Source: a virus. From it: a stretch of 64,000 nt of DNA. The DNA lies in IMG/VR virus record IMGVR_UViG_3300025401_000028, positions 3,979 to 67,978 of that record; one strand, given 5' to 3'. Both the position numbers and the translations under genes were made by a program. Of the stretch, positions 30,695 to 41,899 are shown piece after piece. The notes beneath the pieces were generated by a model. The model worked only from the letters and a program-made list of their open reading frames with translations. It made no database searches and was not told the DNA's origin. Each line of letters opens with the position of its first letter. Within the stretch, counting starts at the first letter, position 1.

Positions 30695-33600
30695 TATCCA
30701 AATACCGTATCGAGACTACCAGTTGATGCATTATAATATGTATACGCCTGATTGGCACCAGCTGAGTTAGCATAACCGATACGACCTGCAGTATACACGT
30801 TACCGTTTGCAGCTATACCACCATATGAAATAATAGCACCAGCGATAGCATTAGGAGAAGCGTTGGTGCTAGTAAATAATGTTTGGTTAGCAGAAAATGT
30901 TTGAGTATTCGTCCAGCTATATTGAGCGGCAGTATTAATTGTTACTGTTACAGATGCCCAGTATGCATTACTTGTTCCGTTAGAAGTAAGAACTTGTCCT
31001 ACAGTACCGTTCGAACCTGCAAGAAAAATTGCAGAGTTAACATAAAGAGCAGTATTGTTCGCAACAAATGTGCCGCCAGTTGTAAGATGAGATATCGAAC
31101 TTACTACGTTGGTTGTGAAAATACCATTATTGTTAGCAGTGACTACAGCACCGATTGTATATGAAGCTGCATTTACAGTACCAGTAGTATAAACACCTAA
31201 AGTGTTTGCAATAAACGAACTGCCGATTGTATATGAAGTAGAATTAATTGTAGAAGCATTAACTGTACCAGTGGTGTACATACCCGATAAGTTAGCGATT
31301 AATACGCTTGCAGTAGCGTTACTAATCGCAACAGAAACTGCAGTTATTGTTACGTTTCCTGCAGAGTTTGCTACTGAAATAGTTCCAGTAGTTTGGGTAG
31401 TGCTACTATTACCAATTGTAAATGCGCCAGTATTCGCCAATGTAATTGTTGGTGAAGTACTCGTATTACCAGTCCATAAAAGATTAGTAGAATTGAATAC
31501 CGCATTAGCACCTGAATAATGATTAGCAGCATTAGCATTACCAGTCGTTGTAAACGCAGAAGCATTAACGATACCAGTCGCAAGTATACTTGTTGCTCCA
31601 GCAGTTATCTGTACGTTACCAGCAGAGTTAGCTACTGTTATAGAACCAGTAGTTTGAGTAGTACTACTATTACCAATACTAAATGCGCCAGTATTTGCTA
31701 ATGTAATTGTTGGAGAAGTACTCGTGTTACCAGTCCATAATATACTAGCACTATTAACAATTAAGTTAGAACCAGAATAAAAATTAACAGCATTAGCATT
31801 ACCAGTCGTTGTAAATGATGCAGCGTTTACGGTACCAGTAGTGTAGACGCCAGTAGCATTGGCAACAAATGCAGTACCTACAGTATAAGATGTAGCATTT
31901 ATTACGTTATTAGCAGCACTCATAACTACGTTACCGTTAAAAGTAACTACGTTGCTGAACGATTGAGTATTAGTCCAAGCATACTGGGCAGCAGTATTAA
32001 CGGAAGCTGCTGCACTTATAGTCGACCAGTATACGTTACTGGCGCCATTTGATGTAAGAACTTGTCCAACTGTTCCTTGTGAACCAGCAGAATCAATAAT
32101 AGAAATACCAGTAGAAATTTTTAAATTGCCACCTAGATATGTTGTTCCGTTAATTGATAATTTGTCTCCTGGAGCAGTATTTCCAATACCTACGTTACCG
32201 GATCCGGCATCTAATCTAAAACCTTCTATTTCAGCACCACCACCAGAAACCATATAATATAATTGTACAAGATTACCTTTTAATCTTAAATTGTTCCAGC
32301 CAGTTCCAGGAGTTACTGAAATAATTTCTCCATAACCACCAGCACTGTTCCAACCTATACCAAGAGCTGGTGTTGTTGTTCCAAGAGTTGGTGGTCCGAA
32401 TACAGCATAAGTTTTATCCCATGCAGTGCCTCCGCCAGTCGAATCATTCATACCGACTTGTAATGCTGCAATTCTATTTGTAGAATTTACATAAACAGAT
32501 GTACCAGTAATTATATTTTTAACAAAAGTACCAGAATCATTCGCAACAAAAAAGTTAGATGATGTAGTATTACTGAATGAAATAGAGGTTGGTGTTAAAG
32601 TAACATTTCCTGACGTATTAACAACACCTTGAGATGAAACATTAATGTAACTATAAAAACTGCTATTACCAGTAAAGAAAACAGTAGAATTAGTTTGCGT
32701 ATTAACAGTAGAATTACCAATCGAAATTAAAGTTGGAGTAATTGTTGTAGAGTTAACAATTGTATTGTTGTCTGATAATGTAAAGGTATTTGCAGTAAGT
32801 AATGAATTGAATCCATTAGTATCTGCTAATGATATTCCGTTAGCAGCTACTGATTGGTAATTTCCAATATTATCAATAAAATTAATAGAATTGCTGTATA
32901 CGTTTGTTGTTGAATAAAATGACAAACCTCCAGTAAAACTATAATTTTGTGTTGTGTCTAATCCAGGAACATTTCCCCAATAAGTATTTGTTCCAGTACT
33001 GATTAATATACTTCCACTATTACCATACGAACCATTTGCAATTAAACCGCCAGTTACAGTAACGTCACCGCCAAAAGTAGCATTATTAGAATTAATTGTT
33101 GTGACGATACTATTAGAAGAAATAACAAGATTACTTTGGTTCATACTGATGTTTGCAATTTCAGTACCAATAACAAGATTAGAACCGTAAACAGTAACCT
33201 GCCCAGCTTGCATTAAAGTATATTTTGAAGTACCGCCACCTAATCTAAAAACTGAACTGTTAACAAAAAATGCATTTTGTGTTGGATCTACTAATCCATT
33301 AACTGAAGTTCCAACTGTAATTTGACTTGGCTGTAATTGTAGAGCACTCGTTAATCCAGAAATTGCTAATGATGAAGAGTTAGCAAACATATTAGCAGTA
33401 CTGTTACCAGTATAAATCGTAGAAGGTGTTACCCTAACAGCTGTTGAAGAATTAGCAACTTCCATGTAAATAGAATTATAAGCTGAAACTGTACCAGAAG
33501 TTGCAGTAGTTGAAGCTATCGAATATTTTACAACAGAAGATGTAGGATAACTGATAGGTCTATCGGTAACCCAAGACACTGAACTTGAAACTGATTTAGG

Positions 33601-36309
33601 CGAACCTAATGATCCAGCCGCTAAAGTAAAAGCTATATCAGTACTACTTGGAGCAATATCAAAAGTATTAGCAGTTGGAACTGCATTACTAACTAAAGTA
33701 CCAGTATATGGTCCTCTCGTTATTGTTGTATTTAAAGTCATTCCGGAAACAGAGCCAGCAAAAGCAACATATCCAGAAATTATTCCAGATAAATTTGATC
33801 CTAAATTATTAAGACTGTTGCCGACAGTAAATGTAGCAGATGCTCCAGTGCCCGAAGTATTAGTAATTATTACCCAACCGCCCAGCGAACCTCCTATAGA
33901 TCCTGCTGGAATATTCGTTCCTGTAGTAGTATAAATTCCAGGTTCTGCTTTTAAAAACACCCATTGTCCTGTCGTAAATGGATGATATTGTGCTGATATT
34001 ACAAATGCATTTCCAGTAATTGTCGTTGAGCTAACAGTCTGGGATTGGTTAACGACCCAGTTATTTCCACTACCACTTACAATATAAGTACCGTTTAATA
34101 CGTTTGAACCAGTAAGATATTGACCGATCGCAATCGTGCCTGTTGGACTTCCAGTAACTGTAAGAGCGGTTCCGGAAATAGAAGCAGTAAACGAAGAAGT
34201 TGTTAATGCCCAAGTTGAACCATATATTGTACTTGTGCCGCTAACGAAAGAAGTTCCCTGAAAAAGATATTTCCATCTTGGTAGAGAAATCGTACCTGCG
34301 GCTGTAGTTAATGCTGCTGGAGTATAAGGTGTACCAACTACAGAATTTAAATTAAATAAAACAAAAGTATTACTAGAAGCAGATGCTCCAGTATAAGGAA
34401 ATTGTCTTTGTCCACTAAAATCTGAACTACTTCCAGCTGTCGGTAATGATGCTGTACCTAAACTTAAATTTGCTGCTAATTGTACGTAAGCATTTGCACC
34501 AGTTCCTGTTACAGCAGCAGTTGTATAATATGAATAACCACCAGTAGTTGGAAGTGTAATATTAAAAGAGTTTGGTGTCGATGTAGGAACTGATGCAATA
34601 CTAAAAATTTTATTATTCAACAAATAAACTAACGAAACACTACTCATAGTTATTGGAGTGTATCTAGTAATTGTTGTAGATCCGACAGCCGATCCAGGTT
34701 TTGGTAATACGTTGTATGTACCAGCACCACCAGTGCCAGTTCCTAATGAAGCGATGTATGTTCCCTGTGGTACGTTCGTTCCAGAAAGATATTGTCCAAC
34801 AGCAATACCAGTTGGCGAACCCGTAACCGTCATAATACCAGTAGTTGCGATAGATGCAGTAAATGTACCACCGACTGCAACAGTTGATGATGCACTAAGA
34901 TTATAAGTATTAGGAGATGATCCTGCTCCAGTAATATAAGTTCCGGAAGTAACACCACTTCCACTTATAACTTGACCAGCCGCAAATGTAACTCCTGTAG
35001 GAACAGAATTTACTGTAAGAACCGTTCCGGAAATAGTACCGCCAAACGAAAATGCCGTAGTATTAATCGCCCCAGAAGTAACGCCATTAAATTGAATATA
35101 AGAACCAACATCAAGATTATGTGCCGTTGGCATTGCTACTGTAAGAGTTGCAGAAAGAGCCGTTGGCGCAGTACCAATAGATTTAAATGATGATACTGAA
35201 GCAGAATAAACATTAGTTGAAGATGAAGATAAAGTTACAGCTTGTGCGCCAGTAAAAAGATAAGGACTCGATAAAGAAAAATATGCATTTGGAGAACCAG
35301 AAAATGGATCAAACGACATACCCGTTACAGATATACTTGCTGTATCTGTAAATGAAGGTATATTTACATACATACCATTAGATAGACCATGAACGGTTGT
35401 TGTGTTAAAATGTAAATTACTTGCGCCACCAGTAGTCCAATATGAAGAAATAGTATTCGTAATCGATGGAAAATTAGCATAAGTTAAAGTGTTACTATTA
35501 GGAGTAGAAGTTACTGTATAAGAACCATTATATGTTAAAGGTGCATAATTTGGATCAACAGGAATACCAGAAACAGCTATTGGATCTGATGTATTAAATC
35601 CATGAGGACTTGTTGTAATAATAGTAGCTACGCCAGATGTTCTTTGAACAGAGGCAATATTAGCAGCAAAAGGAGTATAAATTGTAAAACCGTTAGCCGC
35701 TACTATACCCGAAACTTCATAAGTATTATTAAATTTTGCCGCAGCTCCAGGTAAACTCGATAATGTTACATACTGACCTTTTGTTGGCGCAACGAAATTA
35801 GTATTCGTTGTCGTATAAATTGTTAAATTAGAACCATCATACGAATAAGTATTAACTGTTAATGATTGCGAAAAAGCATTAAGATTAAACTGCGCATTAG
35901 CGATACTATTACCACTGAAAATAATTTTCGGTGACATCTGAGAATTGCTAACCGAATTACTTACAGAAATAAATATAGAATTTATAACAGAATTTATACT
36001 GCTATTACCAGCGAACAAACCAATAGCATTAATAGAGCTATTAACACTGCTATTACCGACACTGATACCTTGGTCAATCGTTACATTAGTTGCATTTAAA
36101 GAAGTTGCCGTTATAGTACAAGCAGTTAATGAAGATTGAGATGCACCAATAGCAATAAGAGCACTACCATTCGAAGAGTACAAAATTCCATCGGTTAAGT
36201 TAATTGCTAACTCACCTGGATTTATATATTGTCCATTACTAGAACTTGTGGTGTTTGGTTGTCTACCAGCCACCGTAGTTCTTTTAATTTGTAATATTGT
36301 ATTAGCCAT
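30694..36309 (-). CDS. Large multidomain tail fibre protein (1871 aa)
   Basis: ILQIKRTT...GELAINL.DG.LY fibre N-terminus, repeated beta modules and GQVLTSNG..YW motifs. Confidence 0.8.
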   Translation of the reverse strand: MANTILQIKRTTVAGRQPNTTSSSNGQYINPGELAINLTDGILYSSNGSALIAIGASQSSLTACTITATSLNATNVTIDQGISVGNSSVNSSINAIGLFAGNSSINSVINSIFISVSNSVSNSQMSPKIIFSGNSIANAQFNLNAFSQSLTVNTYSYDGSNLTIYTTTNTNFVAPTKGQYVTLSSLPGAAAKFNNTYEVSGIVAANGFTIYTPFAANIASVQRTSGVATIITTSPHGFNTSDPIAVSGIPVDPNYAPLTYNGSYTVTSTPNSNTLTYANFPSITNTISSYWTTGGASNLHFNTTTVHGLSNGMYVNIPSFTDTASISVTGMSFDPFSGSPNAYFSLSSPYLFTGAQAVTLSSSSTNVYSASVSSFKSIGTAPTALSATLTVAMPTAHNLDVGSYIQFNGVTSGAINTTAFSFGGTISGTVLTVNSVPTGVTFAAGQVISGSGVTSGTYITGAGSSPNTYNLSASSTVAVGGTFTASIATTGIMTVTGSPTGIAVGQYLSGTNVPQGTYIASLGTGTGGAGTYNVLPKPGSAVGSTTITRYTPITMSSVSLVYLLNNKIFSIASVPTSTPNSFNITLPTTGGYSYYTTAAVTGTGANAYVQLAANLSLGTASLPTAGSSSDFSGQRQFPYTGASASSNTFVLFNLNSVVGTPYTPAALTTAAGTISLPRWKYLFQGTSFVSGTSTIYGSTWALTTSSFTASISGTALTVTGSPTGTIAIGQYLTGSNVLNGTYIVSGSGNNWVVNQSQTVSSTTITGNAFVISAQYHPFTTGQWVFLKAEPGIYTTTGTNIPAGSIGGSLGGWVIITNTSGTGASATFTVGNSLNNLGSNLSGIISGYVAFAGSVSGMTLNTTITRGPYTGTLVSNAVPTANTFDIAPSSTDIAFTLAAGSLGSPKSVSSSVSWVTDRPISYPTSSVVKYSIASTTATSGTVSAYNSIYMEVANSSTAVRVTPSTIYTGNSTANMFANSSSLAISGLTSALQLQPSQITVGTSVNGLVDPTQNAFFVNSSVFRLGGGTSKYTLMQAGQVTVYGSNLVIGTEIANISMNQSNLVISSNSIVTTINSNNATFGGDVTVTGGLIANGSYGNSGSILISTGTNTYWGNVPGLDTTQNYSFTGGLSFYSTTNVYSNSINFIDNIGNYQSVAANGISLADTNGFNSLLTANTFTLSDNNTIVNSTTITPTLISIGNSTVNTQTNSTVFFTGNSSFYSYINVSSQGVVNTSGNVTLTPTSISFSNTTSSNFFVANDSGTFVKNIITGTSVYVNSTNRIAALQVGMNDSTGGGTAWDKTYAVFGPPTLGTTTPALGIGWNSAGGYGEIISVTPGTGWNNLRLKGNLVQLYYMVSGGGAEIEGFRLDAGSGNVGIGNTAPGDKLSINGTTYLGGNLKISTGISIIDSAGSQGTVGQVLTSNGASNVYWSTISAAASVNTAAQYAWTNTQSFSNVVTFNGNVVMSAANNVINATSYTVGTAFVANATGVYTTGTVNAASFTTTGNANAVNFYSGSNLIVNSASILWTGNTSTSPTITLANTGAFSIGNSSTTQTTGSITVANSAGNVQITAGATSILATGIVNASAFTTTGNANAANHYSGANAVFNSTNLLWTGNTSTSPTITLANTGAFTIGNSSTTQTTGTISVANSAGNVTITAVSVAISNATASVLIANLSGMYTTGTVNASTINSTSYTIGSSFIANTLGVYTTGTVNAASYTIGAVVTANNNGIFTTNVVSSISHLTTGGTFVANNTALYVNSAIFLAGSNGTVGQVLTSNGTSNAYWASVTVTINTAAQYSWTNTQTFSANQTLFTSTNASPNAIAGAIISYGGIAANGNVYTAGRIGYANSAGANQAYTYYNASTGSLDTVFG

Positions 36310-36359
36310 ATGGCATCCTCTTTAACGGTATATACCGAGGTATCAATTTAATGTATTTA

Positions 36360-39140
36360 TTAGAAAGTTCCGCCGTCTAAATTAATTGGCGAAGTAAATA
36401 TAAGATTTGCAGTATAAAGAGCAGCTGTATATGTTACGTTTGAATTGAATATTGTATTGGTTCCACCAAATGTATTATTTCCAGTATAAGTTGTGTTATT
36501 AGAAGTATATGCATTTACAGCATTAGAATAAGCAGTTGTTGCATTAGAAGTAACAGAACCTGTGGTTGCATAATTACTAAGATTAGATGATAACTGCGCA
36601 TTAGAAACTACGTTAGCTGCAGATACAGTTCCAACGAAAGATGTATTATTCGCAGTACCACTAAATGCTGTAGAATTAATTACTACACTAACTGATGTAT
36701 TACCAATGAAAATATTAGAAGAAGAAATATTAGCATATGCTATACTATTACCAAGTTGAATTAGTGAAGTGTTTACATATAAAAGATTAGCAGTAGTAGC
36801 AAACGCAGCACCTTGAGGAGCATAAACTGGATAACCTCCAGGACCATTATTAAGAGGACCTCCAATTGTAATAGCAGGTCCATATTGAGTACTACCGCCA
36901 CCTCCGCCAAGAAGATTTGGAGAAATAGATATATTAAGAGTTGCATTACCAGTAAATATATGATCTGAGTACATAGCCGAGTTTACGCTACTATTACCAA
37001 CAGATATATCATTATTTACAGATACATGGTTAGCCGATAAACTATTCGTAGTAATAGAATTTGCAACAATATTACCTACAGCAGAATCACTAGCCCAGTA
37101 AACACCAGTACCATTAGAAGCTAGTACTGTACCATTAGCACCAAATGCACCGTTTGCGATAATTTGTTTAAGAGTAATCGAACTTGAGTTTATGCTTAAT
37201 GTATTGCTACCAAAAGTAACAGCAATATTACTTGTAAATGTTGCTCCAGAAAGTAATGCATAATTACTAAGATTAGATGATAACTGCGCATTAGAAACTA
37301 CGTTAGCTGCTGTAACAGACCCAACGTATAATGTATTATTTGATGTTTGACTGTAATTCGTGGTGTTGATTATAGCATAAACAGAAGTATTGCCAATGTT
37401 TATAGTATTAGCCCAAAAATTTGCGATATGAAAAGAAGGATCTGTTGTTACAATATTTATAGCTTGGTCTGGTTCTGGAGTATAATTATCAAATACTTTC
37501 CAGTAACCGTCCGCATAATCTCTCATTATACCAGAATGGTGATAAGATCCATCATTATAACCACCAACGATACCAAGATCTGGATTTATTCCTGATTTAT
37601 AAGATGCAGTACCATTTGATGTAAATGTACCAGTAAATGTATTCGAAACTTGAAATGTAGAAGAATTTGCGAATAATACAGGAACATAATTTGCATTATT
37701 GAAACCAGAAGGTACAATTCCTGTTATAGAAACGACACCTAAATTACTAAAAGCATTAAGTGCAGTATACGTAATAACAGAACCGTTACCAGAAGCATTA
37801 GTAACTGTTGCAGTGGCAGGTTCATTAAGGTACAACATATTATCCACTGTCGTAAAGTTAGCTGCATTAACAGTAACAGTTGTACCATAAACATTTAAAT
37901 TTCCAGAAATAGTTACGTTTCTTCCAACATTAAGATCATATGTTGTTTGTATATTATTTGCTGTGACATTGCCTGTAAATGTTGCTCCAGTAAGAGCTGC
38001 ATAATTTGTGAGGTTAGAAGACAGTTGACCATTAGAAACTACGTTAGCTGCAGATACAGAACCAACGAATAACGTATTATTAGCAGTTAAAGTAGCTACG
38101 TTAGCAGACAAACCAGCTGTTGTTTGGTAGTTAGCTAAGTTGTTATTTAAATTTGTAGCAGTAACATAATTACTCAAGTTGCTTGATAACTGGGCATTTG
38201 ATACAACATTAGCTGCAGATACAGAACCAACAAAATTTGTATTATTTGAAGTTAAAGTAGCTACGTTAGCAGATAACCCAGCAGTAGTTTGATAATTACT
38301 CAAGTTGCTTGATAACTGGGCATTTGATACGACATTAGCTGCAGATACAGAACCAACAAAATTTGTATTATTTGAAGTTAGTGTAGCTACATTTGCCGAC
38401 AAACCAGCTGTGGTTTGGTAGTTAGTTAAGTTAGATGATAGCTGGGAATTACTTACTACGTTAGCCGCAGATACAGAACCAACAAAATTTGTATTATTTG
38501 CAGTTAAAGTAGCTACGTTAGCAGATAACCCAGCAGTAGTTTGATAGTTGGCAAGATTAGCAACTAATTGAGCATTCGATACGACATTAGCTGCAGATAC
38601 AGAACCAACGAAAGATGTATTATTTGAAGTTAGTGTAGCTACGTTAGCAGATAAACCAGCAGTAGTTTGATAGTTAGCTAAATTGTTAGTTAAATTTGTA
38701 GCAGTAACGTAATTGGCAAGATTAGCAATTAACTGTGCATTACTTACTACGTTAGCAGCTGGTAGACCACCAATATATAATGAATTATTAGCAGTACCAT
38801 TAATCGTTGAATTAAATGTAATTGTGTTAGTAAATGTTTGGGTATTCGACCAAATATACTGTGCGGAAGTATTTACGCCAACAGCACCTAATGATTGCCA
38901 TATTACTGCGCTTCCATTCGTTGATAGAACTTGACCATTAGTACCAGCTGAATTACTTGAGTCAAGGAAATAAGAATTAACAATAAGATTAGAAGCAAAC
39001 GTAATAACATTCGTAAAGGTATATTGTTGTGATGTGTTTACACTACCTCCACCACCGCCATTAGCAACTATTGCGAAGTTACTGTTTAGATCATTAGCTG
39101 TAAGTGTTTGTCCTTGGATGAATATATGTAAATTTGCCAT
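36360..39140 (-). CDS. Fibre / spike-associated protein with tandem 39-aa repeats
   Basis: (NYQTTAGLSANVATLTSNNTNFVGSVSAANVVSNAQLSSNL)n; C-terminal LDGGTF. Confidence 0.75.
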   Translation of the reverse strand: MANLHIFIQGQTLTANDLNSNFAIVANGGGGGSVNTSQQYTFTNVITFASNLIVNSYFLDSSNSAGTNGQVLSTNGSAVIWQSLGAVGVNTSAQYIWSNTQTFTNTITFNSTINGTANNSLYIGGLPAANVVSNAQLIANLANYVTATNLTNNLANYQTTAGLSANVATLTSNNTSFVGSVSAANVVSNAQLVANLANYQTTAGLSANVATLTANNTNFVGSVSAANVVSNSQLSSNLTNYQTTAGLSANVATLTSNNTNFVGSVSAANVVSNAQLSSNLSNYQTTAGLSANVATLTSNNTNFVGSVSAANVVSNAQLSSNLSNYVTATNLNNNLANYQTTAGLSANVATLTANNTLFVGSVSAANVVSNGQLSSNLTNYAALTGATFTGNVTANNIQTTYDLNVGRNVTISGNLNVYGTTVTVNAANFTTVDNMLYLNEPATATVTNASGNGSVITYTALNAFSNLGVVSITGIVPSGFNNANYVPVLFANSSTFQVSNTFTGTFTSNGTASYKSGINPDLGIVGGYNDGSYHHSGIMRDYADGYWKVFDNYTPEPDQAINIVTTDPSFHIANFWANTINIGNTSVYAIINTTNYSQTSNNTLYVGSVTAANVVSNAQLSSNLSNYALLSGATFTSNIAVTFGSNTLSINSSSITLKQIIANGAFGANGTVLASNGTGVYWASDSAVGNIVANSITTNSLSANHVSVNNDISVGNSSVNSAMYSDHIFTGNATLNISISPNLLGGGGGSTQYGPAITIGGPLNNGPGGYPVYAPQGAAFATTANLLYVNTSLIQLGNSIAYANISSSNIFIGNTSVSVVINSTAFSGTANNTSFVGTVSAANVVSNAQLSSNLSNYATTGSVTSNATTAYSNAVNAYTSNNTTYTGNNTFGGTNTIFNSNVTYTAALYTANLIFTSPINLDGGTF
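38000..38770. repeat. Intragenic ~117-bp tandem repeats (about 6 units)
   Basis: Recurrent gcagatacagaaccaacaaaatttgtattatttg...gtagctacgttagcagata units; boundaries approximate. Confidence 0.88.
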
Positions 39141-39463
39141 TAACCTATAATTCCTCCAACAGTCCCAGAATCAAGAGCGATTGCATTGCTCGGTGATTCT
39201 AGTGGAGCTAGTGTGTCGGCACTACCTGTTATTATTATAGCACCACAATAACATATACTACCTGTAACTGCAGTAACAGAATCTTCACAGTAAAAATTTC
39301 CAGAGCCATTAATAATCGGAGTAACGCCATGACCAGGAATTGGGCAACTATGAAGATCCCCAGCACGTGCTACGAGAATACCATCTACGTATGTTCTAGC
39401 AGCAGATGATATTACTACACCACCATGGTCACTTATATCTCCAATTCTTACTACGTTTGCCAT
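39140..39463 (-). CDS. PAAR-domain spike tip (gp5.4-like)
   Basis: VRIGD.SDHGG...ARAGDLHSCPIPGHG...CGA.I metal-binding PAAR pattern. Confidence 0.92.
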   Translation of the reverse strand: MANVVRIGDISDHGGVVISSAARTYVDGILVARAGDLHSCPIPGHGVTPIINGSGNFYCEDSVTAVTGSICYCGAIIITGSADTLAPLESPSNAIALDSGTVGGIIG

Positions 39464-39471
39464 ATTAGTCC

Positions 39472-40248
39472 TTATTCATTAACTCTGACAGTGGTAGAAT
39501 CGATTACAATCAATTGACTTGTCATATTAATGATAGAACTTCCAATAGTCAAAACGATACTTGATGGATTGATAACAATACTTGATTTACCTACTTTTAA
39601 TGTTATTGAAGTATCACTATCAATTAGAATATCACTTGCATCTTTTAATCTAAATTTGCCAATATCGATTTGGAAATCAACATTACCGCTTTGGTTATTT
39701 AGAGCCCATTCGCCATTAACTATATCAGAACGATTGCCAGTAACTTGTTGTACGCTATCGCCTAAAATATTTTCATGAATATCGCCAACACGATCAGCTA
39801 CAAGGTTTCCGTCGATTGTATTAAAAACGTCACCACTAGAATGATGGTATTGAGTATCGGCTGTACCGAATACTTGATGACCCGATGAACCGTGATAATC
39901 ATCCCCAGCAACTTCAGCACTACGACCACTATCATAGTTTTGTCTAGACACACCACTGATTTTTACGTCATGGTTTCCATCAACTGTAGTAGAAGCACCG
40001 TTGCCACTATACGACCAAGTTCCATTAGCAACTGCTTCAACTTTAGATCCGTCGGCAGCATGACCATAATAAGAACCTGAAGGTTGTATTTCGAAATATG
40101 CTTCATTTCCAGGCTGGATGCTTTTTAATGTTTGACCACCACCTGCATCTTGTGTTACATGAAGATAAGGATAGGTTCCTTGCCATGGTAACTTTGGATG
40201 TTTTAAATTATAATCTGTATCTTGTGTAGGTAACATATTATCTGCCAT
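39472..40248 (-). CDS. gp5 C-terminal beta-helix spike domain (separate gene)
   Basis: YPYLHVTQ..GG, PSGSYY...ADGSKV and 8-residue V.G-type beta-helix repeats; directly upstream of PAAR. Confidence 0.75.
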   Translation of the reverse strand: MADNMLPTQDTDYNLKHPKLPWQGTYPYLHVTQDAGGGQTLKSIQPGNEAYFEIQPSGSYYGHAADGSKVEAVANGTWSYSGNGASTTVDGNHDVKISGVSRQNYDSGRSAEVAGDDYHGSSGHQVFGTADTQYHHSSGDVFNTIDGNLVADRVGDIHENILGDSVQQVTGNRSDIVNGEWALNNQSGNVDFQIDIGKFRLKDASDILIDSDTSITLKVGKSSIVINPSSIVLTIGSSIINMTSQLIVIDSTTVRVNE

Positions 40249-40249
40249 T

Positions 40250-41899
40250 TTAAATTTTCGTTACAGTTGGTTCGTGAACAGTAGCACTAGGAACAAATGT
40301 TAAATTATATTTTTGACCTGTATCTGGTGAAGTTATTGTTTCATTTATAATTCCACTTCCGCCAGCAAGCTGATCATTATATGATTTTTTTAACGCGAGA
40401 TATTTACAACCATGAATTAATTCGGCATCAGCTTGGTCTGGTGTAGGAGTAAGAGCTGCTTGCATACTTTTCTTTTTCTTTTGAAGATTTGCTTGATTTT
40501 GAGTAAATACATTCATTGTATTCTGAACAGAACCATTTAAAACTGATTGGGGTAAATGATTTTGTATAGTGCTGTTAATCGCTCCGCCAAGATTACCGCC
40601 AAGTAAACTTTTTGCTAATCCAAGCATTGATCCAACATTAACACCAACTCCAAGAATTTTTGTTAAACTATCGGCATTCATTCCAGTTAAACCGCCTGTT
40701 AATAATCCACCAAGAATTAAAGGATTTAATCCAGCACCTATATTAAAATGAGGTAAAAAAGCAGCCGTCATTGATAATATAGAATTTCCCTGTACATGTT
40801 CTTGTGCAGATGCGTAATTAGGTTGACCATTTCTTAATGTATAAACAAAATCACCACTTGGACCTTTCCATTGAATATATCCTGGAAATGGATCACTAAC
40901 AGCTGCATAATATTGCTGTATGTAAAGATTAGGTACTGTTTTAACAATAAGATTTGCTGGTGGTCTAGGTGTATTTGTGCCAATAATATTTGATTTTGGA
41001 GGTTTATAAGCTGAAGTAGTTCCATTATTATTTACTGCACTAGATATTGCTAAATTTATACCAATGCTTAATGCCTTTCCTAATATTGGACCAAGATTAG
41101 CTCCTCCAATAGAACCAAGAATAGAACTTATAGTATTTGTAAAACCAAATTGATTTGCTAAATTTCCAATCACACTACCAAGAATATTTCCCATCATATT
41201 AGTTTGACCAAGTGGGCTAGACATAGATATTATATTACGAATATCTGAAAAATTAGAAACCATATTTGGTAACGAAGCACTTAAACTTTGTGGATCAACT
41301 TGTTTAATTGTATCAAGAACATGTTGGCCAGCTGAAGTACTTGCTACTGTTGGCGTTGATGGTTGTTTGAAAATTGTATCAAGGACAGTTCTAGTTTCAA
41401 CGCCATCTTTACTCGTTAATTTCGATGGATCTTTTTTACCTTCATTAATTTCAGTAATCAACATACGACCAGCATTAAGAATACTAAACGGATTTATAAA
41501 CGGTGGAGGACTATGATTTTGAGCTGCTGCTGGAATACTACCGAATGAAGTATTAACTTTCGGAATACCATCAGAAGTTGTTCCGTCAATAAAATTACCA
41601 GCTTTGCCGACAGAACCAGTAATAATTGGCTGCTGTTGATCTTTATCGTTCCAGTAACCTTTTACTATAGAACCTTTTACTAATCCTAATGGTGCTGTTC
41701 CTATTTTACCAAATGCTGCAGAAGTAACAGGTTGATGCACTAATGCCCAAGGTAAATCCGCATCCGGAATATTACTTACATCATCATGTTGACCAAATAC
41801 ACGTATCTGAACACGACCCGACTGATCAGGATCATATACATTTACGACTTTTGCAGTAAATTCGCCAGCGTATGTTTGTCCTAAATTTCTTTCGGTCAT
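40250..41899 (-). CDS. gp5: gp5 N-terminal OB-fold baseplate hub protein
   Basis: VVNVYDPDQSGRVQIRVFGQH...LPWA...P...G.W.DKD.QQP.I.G is the Gp5 OB-fold signature. Confidence 0.85.
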   Translation of the reverse strand: MTERNLGQTYAGEFTAKVVNVYDPDQSGRVQIRVFGQHDDVSNIPDADLPWALVHQPVTSAAFGKIGTAPLGLVKGSIVKGYWNDKDQQQPIITGSVGKAGNFIDGTTSDGIPKVNTSFGSIPAAAQNHSPPPFINPFSILNAGRMLITEINEGKKDPSKLTSKDGVETRTVLDTIFKQPSTPTVASTSAGQHVLDTIKQVDPQSLSASLPNMVSNFSDIRNIISMSSPLGQTNMMGNILGSVIGNLANQFGFTNTISSILGSIGGANLGPILGKALSIGINLAISSAVNNNGTTSAYKPPKSNIIGTNTPRPPANLIVKTVPNLYIQQYYAAVSDPFPGYIQWKGPSGDFVYTLRNGQPNYASAQEHVQGNSILSMTAAFLPHFNIGAGLNPLILGGLLTGGLTGMNADSLTKILGVGVNVGSMLGLAKSLLGGNLGGAINSTIQNHLPQSVLNGSVQNTMNVFTQNQANLQKKKKSMQAALTPTPDQADAELIHGCKYLALKKSYNDQLAGGSGIINETITSPDTGQKYNLTFVPSATVHEPTVTKI

